Shown one piece after another: positions 1-11,242 of a stretch of 64,000 nucleotides of DNA. Position numbers and translations under genes: made by a program. The stretch is from assembly GCA_964019335.1 (NCBI GenBank), contig OZ025679.1, positions 124,001 through 188,000 of the forward strand, in the 5' to 3' direction. The DNA comes from Diplonema japonicum (Eukaryota; Protista; Euglenozoa: Diplonemea). The notes beneath the pieces were generated by a model, which saw only the letters and a program-made list of their open reading frames with translations, did not search any database and was not told the origin of the DNA. How positions within the stretch are numbered: position 1 is the first letter of the stretch; each line of letters starts with the position of its first letter.

Positions 1-1
1 C

Positions 2-3000
2 TGCTGCGCTCAAAAGTGCAACGACAACAAACCCTCCTGCGCCGCCTTCACCTTTCGACACACCGACAAGATCTGCGAGCTCCACTCCGCCTGCAGCGAC
101 GCCTCCCTCCGCTCCCACGACAAGGTCGAGGGCTGTGCCTACGAGTCTTGCTTCCAAGGCTACGGGCTCGCGACCTACAGGCGGCTCGTCCCCACCATGC
201 AGATCGTCGACAGGTGGCCTGTGGTCGGGGGGCAAGGGGGGGTCCCCGCCTTTGTCCAGACCACCCACATCCCTGAAGGGACCGACGTTCACTGTGTCAT
301 CAACAAAAGGGGAAGGAACATCCCCTCTTCTGCGGCAAATATGCTCGCCGTCCGACACTTCACAGGGAAGGTCTCCGCCTCCGACGGGGTCGCCAGCATG
401 GTCCTCACACACGTCACAGAGACCTGGTCCGTGAAGGCTGCGGAGAGCTACGTCATGCGCTGCGCCGCCGATGACATGGCTGGTTTCGGTCTCCCCGCCT
501 ACGTCGAGCACAACTTTGAGTCAGAGGTGCCATTCGGCTTCGTGGAGATCAGGGCCCGGAACGGGAACACTGGGTACTGCAGGGGTCCGAACAACTGTTT
601 GAATGGATACATTGCCGACACAAAGAAGAAGCCTTACTCCCTCGAGGCCTGCAGGAAGATTAGTTACGGTGATTCCAAGTCTATTGCTTTCCTTTACAGA
701 GCTCATGACGGGCACTGTGGGATCGTCACACCGAAGAAGGGGTGTACGTACATGACTCATGTTCAAGCTGACGATAAAGTGAGGTGCTACAACAAGAAGT
801 GGGACACGGTGCACTCGATTGGGAAAGGGGAATGCACTGCAGAATGTCCTGGGACCTGCAGCTGGAAGAGGCGGCTGGGAGCTTACGAACGCAACCTGTT
901 CCTCCCCGCACCAGCAGCAACTTGTTCACTGACAACTGCTGAACCGACTTCTGCACCTCAGACACCAGCACCTCGCACCCCTGCTCCAAAAACACCGGCT
1001 CCTGACACGCCGGCCCCGAAAACTTCTGCACCTGCGACACCTGCTCCCAAAACCTCGGCACCAAATACAGAAGCACCTGAGACCCCTGCTCCAAAAACAC
1101 CAGCACCTGACACTGCAGCACCTGATACTGGAGCACCTGACACAAGAGCACCTGAAACCACTGCCCCTAAGTCCCCAGCACCTGACACAAGAGCACCTGA
1201 AACCCCTGCTCCAAGAACACCGGCACCTGATACTCTAGCACCTGATACTCTAGCACCTGCCACGTCGGCACCTGACACAAGGGCACCTGAAACCACTGCT
1301 CCAAAAACACCGGCTCCTGACACGCCGGCACCGAAAACTTCTGCACCTGCGACACCTGCTCCCAAAACCTCGGCACCAAATACAGAAGCACCTGAGACCC
1401 CTGCTCCAAAAACACCAGCACCTGACACTGCAGCACCTGATACTGGAGCACCTGACACAAGAGCACCTGAAACCACTGCCCCTAAGTCCCCAGCACCTGA
1501 CACAAGAGCACCTGAAACCCCTGCTCCAAAAACTGACACTGCAGCACCTGATACTACAGCACCGACACCTGACACACAAGCATCTGACACCGCAGTACCT
1601 GATACCACAGCACCTGACACACGAGCACCTGAGACCCCTGCTCCAAAAACACCAGCACCTGACACTGCAGCACCTGATACTACAGCACCTGGCACACCGG
1701 CACCTAACACACAAGCACCTGATACCGCAGCACCTGACACACGAGCACCTGAAACCCCTATTCCAGAAACACCAGCACCTGACACACCGACGCCGAACAC
1801 CGTGACTCCAGAAACTCCTGCTCCTCGAACTCTTGCACCTAAAACAGAAGCGCCAGAAACTCCAGCACCCCGCACTCCTGTTCCAAAATCACCGGCTCCT
1901 CGAACTCCTGCTCCTGACACCCCTGCCCCAAGGACCCCTGCCCCAAAGACGACGGCTCCTGAAACGCCAGTTCCGGCATCTAAAACTACTAGGTCTCCAC
2001 ACACATCGGCACCAATGACATCAATCCCGGACACCACAGCAGACACAAGCTCGCCATTAACAAGGTTTCCAAGTACGCAGGTGCCAAATACCAAGGCTCC
2101 TACCACTGAACCACTTGCAACCAGGGCACCTGACACAAAATCTCCTGTCGCAAGTCCCGGAACAGCAGCACCACCTACAAGGGCTCCAAACACAGAAGCC
2201 CCTGCCACTGAGTCGCCTGAGACGGCAGTTCCAGAAACAAGTTCAGCACCCGACACCAAACCCCCTGAGACTAGGGCTCCAATCACAAAGCCACCTGAAA
2301 CCACCGCTCCAGCGACACCCGCACCTCATACAGAAGCTCCTGAGACGAAGCCACCAGCCACGAGAGCTCCCGAGATTAAAACATCTGCTCCTCGCACGCA
2401 AACACCTGTGACACTCTCACCAACATCATCTCCTGAAACCCCCGCTCCAGATACAGCAGGACCTCTCACTAAATCCCCTGACACGGGAGAACCTACAATT
2501 ACACGAGAGACTCTCGCACCTGATACAACAGCTCCCGAGACGAAGCCACCAGCCACGAGAGCTCCTGAGACCGTGGCACCTGACACAAGGTCTCCGGACA
2601 CAAGATCCCCTGAGACACCAGCACCCGACACTAAACCCCCTGAGACAAAGGCACCCATCATAAGACCACCCGAGACCACTGCTCCAGAGACAGCTGCCCC
2701 TCTTACACCGGCACCTCGAACAAGCGAGCCAACTGCAGAGCCAACCGGAAGCCCCTTGACGGCACAGCCAACAACGGAACCGACCACAGAGCAGACGACT
2801 GCTCCTCGAACGGAGGCGCCAGACACCCTTGCACCTGATACAAAAGCTCCTGACACCCTTGCACCCGATACAAAAGCTCCTGACACCCTTGCACCTGATA
2901 CAAAAGCTCCTGACACAGCTGAGCCGACGAGGACCCCTTCACAGGCACCCACGACGGCAGTTCCGACAGCGCTCCCAACCGGGGTGCCGGGGGGGGCGAG

Positions 3001-4276
3001 GGAGAGGATCAGTGTGCAGGTTATCCTGGATGTGGTGTTCTCTGTTCTGGACGCAGCACGGCGGGGGGAGCTGGAAGAGTTCCTGTTGGGACACCTGCTG
3101 CGGTGGGTGGCGACACTGCAGAAGGTGAGGATCCTGTACGCCTGCGAGGCAGACCAGGCTGGAGAGCGTGTCGTGGCAACCTGTGTGGACTGGGATGGGG
3201 TGTGGAGCGGGAACGGGAGGACCGCGGCGATCACAGAAGGGGGCCTGACCTACGTGCACGTTCTTGGGGAAGTGGACGCTGTGGACCTCGAGGAGAGGAG
3301 GGAGGAGATGAAGGCGGCGACAGTTGTGAACACGGGTGTGGGTGGCGGCTACATCATTGTGGAACCACGACAGCCTGTGGAGGTGACGCTGTGCGCGGAG
3401 GTGGTGTGCGACATCGAAGGACCGTGCAGGGGGAAGGGGGTGTGCGATGAGGGGACTGGGACGTGCTCCAGTGTCGTCTTGTCGAACGGGACCCTCTGCG
3501 ACGACGGGAGCAGCTCCACAATGGAAGACAGGTGCAGCGGAGGGGTGTGCGTGGGGAGGCTGCTCGGATGCGGGGCCTCGTGGTGCGAGGCATCTCGACC
3601 CGAGTGCCACGTCCCTGTGTGTGTGGATGGGGTGTGCGGGGAAGAGTCAAAGCCGGACGGCTCGGCATGCAACGATGGGAACACGCTGACGACAAGCGAC
3701 GTGTGCACAAAGGGAACATGCAGCGGGGTCTTCCGATGCGAGCTGACAACGTGTCCGAGCCAGCCCTGCAGGGTGAGCAGGTGCAACCCCTTCACAAGCC
3801 TCTGCAGCTACAGCTTCTCGCAAGACGGGACCCCTTGCGACGACGGGGACAGCGGAACGGTGGGCGACCTGTGCAGGGACTCCGTGTGCGTGAGCGGGAA
3901 CAGAAACGAGACGACTGGGATTAGGGCGGGCTCCTCGGGTTCAGACAACACGGTGCTGATGGTTGCCGTCGCAGTGAGTTGTGCTGTTCTGTGTTGCTGC
4001 TGTGTGGCGACGTTGCTACTGTTGTTTGCAAGGAGGACAGAGGATCATTTTGAAGAGGACGAAAAAATCAACAATGACACTGCACAAGATGTCTTAGAGC
4101 AAAACGCGAGTGGATATGTATACGAGGGCAGGTACGAGTACACCCAAAGTAACAGTTCCCTTCCGGCAGCAGGGAACCCTGCAGCTGAGAACATAGAACA
4201 CGAACTTGAAGGGGATGCTGTTGGTGACATGGAAGAAGCATCTGTCAGTTCGTACGAGTTCGAAGGCATCGTGTGA
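2..4276 (+). CDS. 5'-truncated type I surface glycoprotein: PAN/apple-like Cys domain, long T/P/A mucin stalk, CDDG-x-T-x-D-x-C Cys repeats, TM, acidic tail (paralog A)
   Basis: Frame open from position 2. Near-identical to 7552 onward (offset 7551) and to the C-terminal ectodomain of paralog B (offset 6225). TPAPDT/TAAPET repeats ~950-2980. TM VLMVAVAVSCAVLCCCCVATLLLLFA. Confidence 0.85.
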   Translation, partial: CCAQKCNDNKPSCAAFTFRHTDKICELHSACSDASLRSHDKVEGCAYESCFQGYGLATYRRLVPTMQIVDRWPVVGGQGGVPAFVQTTHIPEGTDVHCVINKRGRNIPSSAANMLAVRHFTGKVSASDGVASMVLTHVTETWSVKAAESYVMRCAADDMAGFGLPAYVEHNFESEVPFGFVEIRARNGNTGYCRGPNNCLNGYIADTKKKPYSLEACRKISYGDSKSIAFLYRAHDGHCGIVTPKKGCTYMTHVQADDKVRCYNKKWDTVHSIGKGECTAECPGTCSWKRRLGAYERNLFLPAPAATCSLTTAEPTSAPQTPAPRTPAPKTPAPDTPAPKTSAPATPAPKTSAPNTEAPETPAPKTPAPDTAAPDTGAPDTRAPETTAPKSPAPDTRAPETPAPRTPAPDTLAPDTLAPATSAPDTRAPETTAPKTPAPDTPAPKTSAPATPAPKTSAPNTEAPETPAPKTPAPDTAAPDTGAPDTRAPETTAPKSPAPDTRAPETPAPKTDTAAPDTTAPTPDTQASDTAVPDTTAPDTRAPETPAPKTPAPDTAAPDTTAPGTPAPNTQAPDTAAPDTRAPETPIPETPAPDTPTPNTVTPETPAPRTLAPKTEAPETPAPRTPVPKSPAPRTPAPDTPAPRTPAPKTTAPETPVPASKTTRSPHTSAPMTSIPDTTADTSSPLTRFPSTQVPNTKAPTTEPLATRAPDTKSPVASPGTAAPPTRAPNTEAPATESPETAVPETSSAPDTKPPETRAPITKPPETTAPATPAPHTEAPETKPPATRAPEIKTSAPRTQTPVTLSPTSSPETPAPDTAGPLTKSPDTGEPTITRETLAPDTTAPETKPPATRAPETVAPDTRSPDTRSPETPAPDTKPPETKAPIIRPPETTAPETAAPLTPAPRTSEPTAEPTGSPLTAQPTTEPTTEQTTAPRTEAPDTLAPDTKAPDTLAPDTKAPDTLAPDTKAPDTAEPTRTPSQAPTTAVPTALPTGVPGGARERISVQVILDVVFSVLDAARRGELEEFLLGHLLRWVATLQKVRILYACEADQAGERVVATCVDWDGVWSGNGRTAAITEGGLTYVHVLGEVDAVDLEERREEMKAATVVNTGVGGGYIIVEPRQPVEVTLCAEVVCDIEGPCRGKGVCDEGTGTCSSVVLSNGTLCDDGSSSTMEDRCSGGVCVGRLLGCGASWCEASRPECHVPVCVDGVCGEESKPDGSACNDGNTLTTSDVCTKGTCSGVFRCELTTCPSQPCRVSRCNPFTSLCSYSFSQDGTPCDDGDSGTVGDLCRDSVCVSGNRNETTGIRAGSSGSDNTVLMVAVAVSCAVLCCCCVATLLLLFARRTEDHFEEDEKINNDTAQDVLEQNASGYVYEGRYEYTQSNSSLPAAGNPAAENIEHELEGDAVGDMEEASVSSYEFEGIV
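950..2980 (+). repeat. Coding tandem repeats (15-nt-based TPAPD/TAAPE units; an ~300-nt block duplicated at ~990-1290 and ~1300-1530)
   Basis: Recurrent gcacctgacac and cctgctccaaaaacacc units. Confidence 0.9.
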
Positions 4277-4632
4277 GCATGGCTCTGCCACAGTGAAGAA
4301 ATGAACGGCCACCAAAAAATGACGGATAGCCATGTGAACTACTTGTAAAGCGTGATTTCACGATATGGCCTCTATCGTCAACATGACGACACCACAGCCA
4401 GAGGCTGCCCACCATTTACATTAAGAGTTTAATGAGAATATTGGATAACTGCCTCTTGGAGGGGGGGGGGGAAAGGGAAGTAAGGAGACCCCTTCCCACT
4501 CTGTTCACCATTTTCTGCGCTAACTTTCGTCGAGATATAGGGTACCTTGTTGACAAAGGCGCCCTGTTCTTCAGATATCGGAAGACGTAATCCTTTGGTG
4601 GTGGGTCATCCTTCTCCCCCCTCTTCCCCTCC

Positions 4633-4742
4633 TAGGGCGTGTTATGCTGGCAAGAAATGGGGAAACATTTCTGTTTCCGTATCTGTTTCCTTATTTTCAA
4701 AGAAAAAGCTTGGAAACGAGTTTCCTTGCCAGCATAGCCGCC
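4633..4742. mobile_element. Small MITE-like element, family shared with 17162-17348
   Basis: Inverted repeat tatgctggcaag (4643-4654) / cttgccagcata. Internal sequence resembles 17165-17215. Confidence 0.5.
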
Positions 4743-4822
4743 TTCCCCCCCAAAAAAAATTAACCTCTTTTCTCTGTTCAGTATTGTAAACTCCGTGAGG
4801 TAAAAGAACTCAGACAAAAAAA

Positions 4823-4861
<39 letters not shown>

Positions 4862-5045
4862 GTTTGTTATCCCTGCCCTTCTCGAGTTGTGGGAGGGACG
4901 GTGGAACCAACATCTTTTCCTCACCTCCTTTTTCTTTGCGTGCTTCGTATTAACTATCAAAACAAAAACAAAAACTAAAAATTCGTTTATTAAATAAATC
5001 GATCGGGTCAATAACGGTCATTTCGCAAAAGAATTATTTGGTTAG

Positions 5046-5252
5046 CCCCGTAAGAGGACCGCTGTTGTTTCCCCCCCCCCTTTTTTTTCCAGTCAAATCC
5101 AGTCAAAAAAAAAAGAGAGAGAAAACGAAAAGAAATTGACAGAGATCCAGGCAAGGTTCTGCAACATGGTCATTTTTGCAATTCTTTTTTTTTTTCTTTT
5201 TTTTTTTTTTTTCTGCTTTGACTGATTCATTCAATTCCGGTCCTTTTATGGG
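5046..5252. mobile_element. Non-autonomous piggyBac-type MITE (~207 bp)
   Basis: ttag-ccccgtaagaggaccg ... cggtccttttatggg-ttaa. Ends match the TIR of the piggyBac at 38576-40294. Confidence 0.65.
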
Positions 5253-5905
5253 TTAAAAGAAACTTTTCTTTTCTATAAAAAAATTCCTGAACTTTTTTTT
5301 TTGTTTTTTTTTTTTTTTGTATGAACAAGAAAAACAATATTGATAATGAATTGTTCCGGCTGTGCACAAGCAACAATCAACCGACTCTTTTTTTTAAGCA
5401 GGGGAAATCTATAAGTTTTTAAATCTATTTAAATCTATGATTTTTCTAAAAGGACCTCCACGCGAGCCATTTAGTTCAGTTATTTTTTTTTCCACCCCTC
5501 CCCAGGGAGACAAAACGCGCGACTTTGGTACTCAGTACTTATCATCATTCTTTTCTTTTTCCTCCTTTTTCGAGGCGGCAAGTGGGCTCAGGTCATTGCA
5601 ACACCACATGCTGCACCAGCCTTGCGCTTTCTGAAAGATACACCCCTACACCCCTTCCTCATTAACATAGAGCGCATTTATTGCGTAATCTTGATAATGC
5701 TCACTCAACCAAGCAGTGCAGTGCGACAGAAACTGAGCCGCGCAACTGCCGCGCAACTCATGTTTTTTCGAATACGAACACCGCTACCAGTGGTGGCAGT
5801 GGTGGGCCGTTTCTTTTCACCCTCTCATCATCAAACGACCGAAAGTTGTTTTGTTTTCTTTTTTGTGATTCTATGTGTTTCAACCAAATCAACTCCAGGT
5901 CACCC

Positions 5906-8900
5906 ATGCAGCATGGATTGGGAAGGAGGTATCGGTCTGCCGCTGTGACCGTGGTTCTCGTGTCTCTGTGCGTTGGGTGCTCGGGGGACTGCAGCAAGTG
6001 GGAGGACCCTAAGAACAGCGGGCCGTACCCACTCTGGCACTACTGCAAGCGGCGAGCGGGATCCGGGGAGACGCTGTACCCTTACATGGAGGCTTCGCTG
6101 CGACCCGCGGAGGTGGCGCCGTACGACTGCAGGGCGGAGGGGAGGGTGCTTCGGCACGACGCGGCGGGGATCATCTGTGCGGACTACACGCTCGGGGACG
6201 AGTACGGGGGCCCTTGCACGACGGCGCAGTGCTGCGCGGAGGGGCTGTGCTCGAGCTATGTTTGCAAGGGAGGGGGTCAGCTGAAGGCGAAGGCGGGGGA
6301 GATCTCGTGCGCGTACTTTCCCTGCAACGACCACTTGTGCTGCGAGGGGCCATCCGGGTCGCCGAAGGAGGAGGCGAGGGGGCTCGTGTTCGTGGATCGG
6401 GACCCCGGGCGGTTCTCCTTCGGGGGCAAGGGGACCCTCCTGCGGGCAGCGGACGAGGCGGACATCACGCACTACCGGATCTACTGGGGGTTCGCGAAGA
6501 CTGTTCGGAAGGTTCCGTCTTGCGGGTTGAAGAACCCAATTTCGTGGGAGCAGCACAAGTGGACGGACGAGAAGCGGCTGTTCCTGGAGCTCCCGGTGAC
6601 TGGGTGCGACATCGACTTCGAGGTGCCGATGGGGACGGTGCCGTGGGAGCGGTGCCCTATCGCAACGGATCGGAAGGACAAGACGACGTCGGCGAACGAC
6701 CCGTGCAACCCGCACTACCTGGTGGCGGTGTCGGTGAATGGGAAGGGGGAGCGATCCTTCGACGGGCAGGCGCAGCAGATCGGGCCACGGCACCCGATCT
6801 CCGACTACGAGGGGGAGTTCGGGCTTCCGTGTGCGGAGGGAGGGGTGACCTACGGGCACGACCTCCCGGGACCGGACGACGTGATCTTGGGGAGCTGGAA
6901 CGGGGTGGAGTCGGCGGCGCGGTGTGCGGAGCTGTGTCGAGGCTACTCGTCGAAGTCGAAGGGTCCTTGTCGGTACTGGGTGTGGGGGTACCCGACAGGG
7001 GGCCACACGGCGAAGTCGTGCTGGATGGAGACGCAGCTCCTTCAGAAGGCGCACTACGGGGTGCGGGTGGCGGGACCGGCGGTGTGCCCGACGCGGGACG
7101 GGGAACGACCGACGGGGAGGGAGCGACCGCGGTGCGACCGCTGGGTCCGGATCCCGAACACCGCCGCTTGGAAGAACCCGGACACGACAGCGGGGCGGAA
7201 CGCCTTCTTCGACAAGGGCGGGGCCTTCATGCAGAAGCCGAACCTCCCGGACGTCCCACTCGGACCCTACGACAACGCGGAGGAGTGCCAGGCCATGTGC
7301 GACATGGACCCGCTGTGCGTCGGCTTCACCTGGATGAAGCGCGACCCGACCGACACCTACTTCCACAAGTGTTTCTTGATCCGGGTGGACGACGGGACGC
7401 GAGCCTCCACCGACTTCTACGACCTGTGGCTCTGCTCCAGGGAGGGGATGGCCCCGCTCCTCTCCGGATACGAGCTCCTCTCCCACCCCTTCGGCTACAA
7501 GACCTGCGGGGAGGGACCCCCCTCATCGTCCGAGGCAGCCTCCGACCACGACTGCTGCGCTCAAAAGTGCAACGACAACAAACCCTCCTGCGCCGCCTTC
7601 ACCTTTCGACACACCGACAAGATCTGCGAGCTCCACTCCGCCTGCAGCGACGCCTCCCTCCGCTCCCACGACAAGGTCGAGGGCTGTGCCTACGAGTCTT
7701 GCTTCCAAGGCTACGGGCTCGCGACCTACAGGCGGCTCGTCCCCACCATGCAGATCGTCGACAGGTGGCCTGTGGTCGGGGGGCAAGGGGGGGTCCCCGC
7801 CTTTGTCCAGACCACCCACATCCCTGAAGGGACCGACGTTCACTGTGTCATCAACGAAAAAGGAAAAAGCATCCCCTCTTCTGCGGCAAATATGCTCGCC
7901 GTCCGACACTTCACAGGGAAGGTCTCCGCCTCTGACGGGGTCGCCAGCATGGTCCTCACACACGTCACAGACACAGAGTCCGTGAAGGCTGCGGAGAGCT
8001 ACGTCATGCGCTGCGCCGCCGATGACATGGCTGGTTTCGGTCTCCCCGCCTACGTCGAGCACAGCTTTGAGTCAGAGGTGCCATTCGGCTTCGTGGAGAT
8101 CAGGGCCCGGAACGGGGACACTGGGTACTGCAGGGGTCCGAACAACTGTTTGAATGGATACGTCGCCGACACAAAGAAGAAGCCTTACTCCCTCGAGGCC
8201 TGCAGGAAGATTAGTTACGGTGATTCCAAGTCTATTGCTTTCCTTTACAGAGCTCATGACGGGCACTGTGGGATCGTCACACCGAAGAAGGGGTGTACGT
8301 ACATGACTACTGTTCAAGCTGACGATAAAGTGAGGTGCTACAACAAGCAGTGGGACACGGTGCACTCGATTGGGAAAGGGGAATGCACTGCAGAATGTCC
8401 TGGGACCTGCAGCTGGAAGAGACAGTTCGGAGCCTATGAACGCAACATTTTCTCACCAACACGTGCTGCACCTTGTTCGCAAATAGAAGTACCTACAACT
8501 TCACCAAAGACATCAGCCCCTGAAACCCCTGCACCTGATACAACAGCTCCCGAGACGAAGCCACCAGCCACGAGAGCTCCTGAGACCGTGGCACCTGACA
8601 CAAGGTCTCCGGACACAAGATCCCCTGAGACACCAGCACCCGACACTAAACCCCCTGAGACCACTGCTCCAGAGACAGCAGCACCTCGAACAAGTGAGCC
8701 TACAGCAGAGCCAACCAGAAGCCCGGAAACCACTGCTCCAGAGACAGCTGCTCCTCTTACACCGGCTCCTAGAACAAGCGAGCCAACTGCAGAGCCAACC
8801 GGAAGCCCCTTGACGGCACAGCCAACAACGGAACCGACCACAGAGCAGACGACTGCTCCTCGAACGGAGGCTCCGGACACTGAAGCGCCGGAAACGAAGG

Positions 8901-10591
8901 TCCCTGACACCGAGGCACCTGAAACATCAGTGCCTGATACTAAACCCCCTGAGACGAGGGAGCCCACTGCAGAGCCAACCGGAAGCCCCTTGACGGCACA
9001 GCCAACGACCACAGAGCAGACGACTGCTCCTCGAACGGAGGCGCCAGACACCCTTGCACCTGATACAAAAGCTCCTGACACCCTTGCACCCGATACAAAA
9101 GCTCCTGACACCCTTGCACCTGATACAAAAGCTCCTGACACAGCTGAGCCGACGAGGACCCCTTCACAGGCACCCACGACGGCAGTTCCGACAGCGCTCC
9201 CAACCGGGGTGCCGGGGGGGGCGAGGGAGAGGATCAGTGTGCAGGTTATCCTGGATGTGGTGTTCTCTGTTCTGGACGCAGCACGGCGGGGGGAGCTGGA
9301 AGAGTTCCTGTTGGGACACCTGCTGCGGTGGGTGGCGACACTGCAGAAGGTGAGGATCCTGTACGCCTGCGAGGCAGACCAGGCTGGAGAGCGTGTCGTG
9401 GCAACCTGTGTGGACTGGGATGGGGTGTGGAGCGGGAACGGGAGGACCGCGGCGATCACAGAAGGGGGCCTGACCTACGTGCACGTTCTTGGGGAAGTGG
9501 ACGCTGTGGACCTCGAGGAGAGGAGGGAGGAGATGAAGGCGGCGACAGTTGTGAACACGGGTGTGGGTGGCGGCTACATCATTGTGGAACCACGACAGCC
9601 TGTGGAGGTGACGCTGTGCGCGGAGGTGGTGTGCGACATCGAAGGACCGTGCAGGGGGAAGGGGGTGTGCGATGAGGGGACTGGGACGTGCTCCAGTGTC
9701 GTCTTGTCGAACGGGACCCTCTGCGACGACGGGAGCAGCTCCACAATGGAAGACAGGTGCAGCGGAGGGGTGTGCGTGGGGAGGCTGCTCGGATGCGGGG
9801 CCTCGTGGTGCGAGGCATCTCGACCCGAGTGCCACGTCCCTGTGTGTGTGGATGGGGTGTGCGGGGAAGAGTCAAAGCCGGACGGCTCGGCATGCAACGA
9901 TGGGAACACGCTGACGACAAGCGACGTGTGCACAAAGGGAACATGCAGCGGGGTCTTCCGATGCGAGCTGACAACGTGTCCGAGCCAGCCCTGCAGGGTG
10001 AGCAGGTGCAACCCCTTCACAAGCCTCTGCAGCTACAGCTTCTCGCAAGACGGGACCCCTTGCGACGACGGGGACAGCGGAACGGTGGGCGACCTGTGCA
10101 GGGACTCCGTGTGCGTGAGCGGGAACAGAAACGAGACGACTGGGACTAGGGCGGGCTCCTCGGGTTCAGACAACACGGTGCTGGTAGCTGTTTTGGCGGG
10201 GTGTGCTGTTCTGTGTTGCTGCTGTGTGGCGGCGTTGATGTTGCTTATAAGGCGGCAACGAAGCGAAGAGGCAGAAGTGGAGAAGGAAATGAACGACATA
10301 TGCTCCGAGGGTGACGAGGCCTCCGTCATGATGGCCTCGCTGTGCGAAACGACTAAGGGTGCACGCAGACGAGAGATGGCGGGGAGCCCTGTCATGAAGT
10401 CATCGGTCCATGGTATGCCCTTCGCTGGCGGCGATAGCGTCAACAGGCCCACTGGGGCTAACCCTGATGGTGCTGGTGGCTCAGACGCCGAGTGGAGTGC
10501 CTGCGACTGCGACGAGACTGTCGAGCGGGAAGTAGGAGAAGAAGATGGAGCAATGATGGAAGCAAGTTGCTATGATGAGACCGTGGTATGA
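5906..10591 (+). CDS. Full-length type I surface glycoprotein: signal peptide, Cys modules, ~3 PAN/apple-like domains, mucin stalk, CDDG Cys repeats, TM, acidic tail (paralog B)
   Basis: ATG 5906 followed by a signal-like segment AAVTVVLVSLCVGCSG. PAN-like motifs SAARCAELC..CRYWVW, ECQAMCDMDPLCVGFTW, CCAQKCNDNKPSCAAFTF. TM with CCCC. Confidence 0.85.
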   Translation: MQHGLGRRYRSAAVTVVLVSLCVGCSGDCSKWEDPKNSGPYPLWHYCKRRAGSGETLYPYMEASLRPAEVAPYDCRAEGRVLRHDAAGIICADYTLGDEYGGPCTTAQCCAEGLCSSYVCKGGGQLKAKAGEISCAYFPCNDHLCCEGPSGSPKEEARGLVFVDRDPGRFSFGGKGTLLRAADEADITHYRIYWGFAKTVRKVPSCGLKNPISWEQHKWTDEKRLFLELPVTGCDIDFEVPMGTVPWERCPIATDRKDKTTSANDPCNPHYLVAVSVNGKGERSFDGQAQQIGPRHPISDYEGEFGLPCAEGGVTYGHDLPGPDDVILGSWNGVESAARCAELCRGYSSKSKGPCRYWVWGYPTGGHTAKSCWMETQLLQKAHYGVRVAGPAVCPTRDGERPTGRERPRCDRWVRIPNTAAWKNPDTTAGRNAFFDKGGAFMQKPNLPDVPLGPYDNAEECQAMCDMDPLCVGFTWMKRDPTDTYFHKCFLIRVDDGTRASTDFYDLWLCSREGMAPLLSGYELLSHPFGYKTCGEGPPSSSEAASDHDCCAQKCNDNKPSCAAFTFRHTDKICELHSACSDASLRSHDKVEGCAYESCFQGYGLATYRRLVPTMQIVDRWPVVGGQGGVPAFVQTTHIPEGTDVHCVINEKGKSIPSSAANMLAVRHFTGKVSASDGVASMVLTHVTDTESVKAAESYVMRCAADDMAGFGLPAYVEHSFESEVPFGFVEIRARNGDTGYCRGPNNCLNGYVADTKKKPYSLEACRKISYGDSKSIAFLYRAHDGHCGIVTPKKGCTYMTTVQADDKVRCYNKQWDTVHSIGKGECTAECPGTCSWKRQFGAYERNIFSPTRAAPCSQIEVPTTSPKTSAPETPAPDTTAPETKPPATRAPETVAPDTRSPDTRSPETPAPDTKPPETTAPETAAPRTSEPTAEPTRSPETTAPETAAPLTPAPRTSEPTAEPTGSPLTAQPTTEPTTEQTTAPRTEAPDTEAPETKVPDTEAPETSVPDTKPPETREPTAEPTGSPLTAQPTTTEQTTAPRTEAPDTLAPDTKAPDTLAPDTKAPDTLAPDTKAPDTAEPTRTPSQAPTTAVPTALPTGVPGGARERISVQVILDVVFSVLDAARRGELEEFLLGHLLRWVATLQKVRILYACEADQAGERVVATCVDWDGVWSGNGRTAAITEGGLTYVHVLGEVDAVDLEERREEMKAATVVNTGVGGGYIIVEPRQPVEVTLCAEVVCDIEGPCRGKGVCDEGTGTCSSVVLSNGTLCDDGSSSTMEDRCSGGVCVGRLLGCGASWCEASRPECHVPVCVDGVCGEESKPDGSACNDGNTLTTSDVCTKGTCSGVFRCELTTCPSQPCRVSRCNPFTSLCSYSFSQDGTPCDDGDSGTVGDLCRDSVCVSGNRNETTGTRAGSSGSDNTVLVAVLAGCAVLCCCCVAALMLLIRRQRSEEAEVEKEMNDICSEGDEASVMMASLCETTKGARRREMAGSPVMKSSVHGMPFAGGDSVNRPTGANPDGAGGSDAEWSACDCDETVEREVGEEDGAMMEASCYDETVV

Positions 10592-11209
10592 GGTGTTGTT
10601 GTTGAGTATTTCCGTTTTTATTTTTATTTTTTTTCGCGAAAGTTATTTCTTCTTCTTTTCTTTTTTTTTTCTTTGTGTCATTTCTCTCTTCTCTCCTTTT
10701 TTAATAATAAGTCCACACTCTACCTTGTTGGATAACAAGAAGGGAGACCACATGGTTTGCAGGAGATGAGAATGAACAAAAAAAAGGGAGTGAACAGTGG
10801 AAATAACCGATAAAAAAAAGTAATGGGGGTGATTAATAAATAATGGGCAATTGATGCTTTTTCACAAAATCTACTTCCCCCTCTTTTTTATTTCTTTGTT
10901 TTCCCCTCCTTTTTTTTATAATTCCCCCCCTTTCTGAATGGGTGAACCCCATAGTTCTTTTTTAAAAAAAAAAGGGACCGAAAAAAAAAGGGGGGAGGGA
11001 AATCAAAAGGGTACTTTATGGTACCCTTTCCCCCCTTCTATCTCGCCGTCTTCATGCGCTTTTCGTAGTTTTGTTTTTAACCTTTTTTTTTTTTTTTTTT
11101 CTGCTTTTTTTTTGTTCCACAATCTTGCGTGAAAACAACAAAAAAGAAAACAAATAAAACCCCCCCTTTTTTCTTTTATATTATATTTATATTCAGTATT
11201 CAAAGAAGG

Positions 11210-11239
<30 letters not shown>

Positions 11240-11242
<3 letters not shown>

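Noticed and set aside
5681-5905. N-terminal extension of the 1636-aa ORF
   Set aside because: Non-ATG start crossing a polypyrimidine tract. ATG 5906 precedes the signal peptide.
958-9459. Long minus-strand ORFs (958-2304, 2326-3234, 5900-7486, 8434-9459)
   Set aside because: Antisense shadows of GC-rich or repetitive + strand coding sequence.
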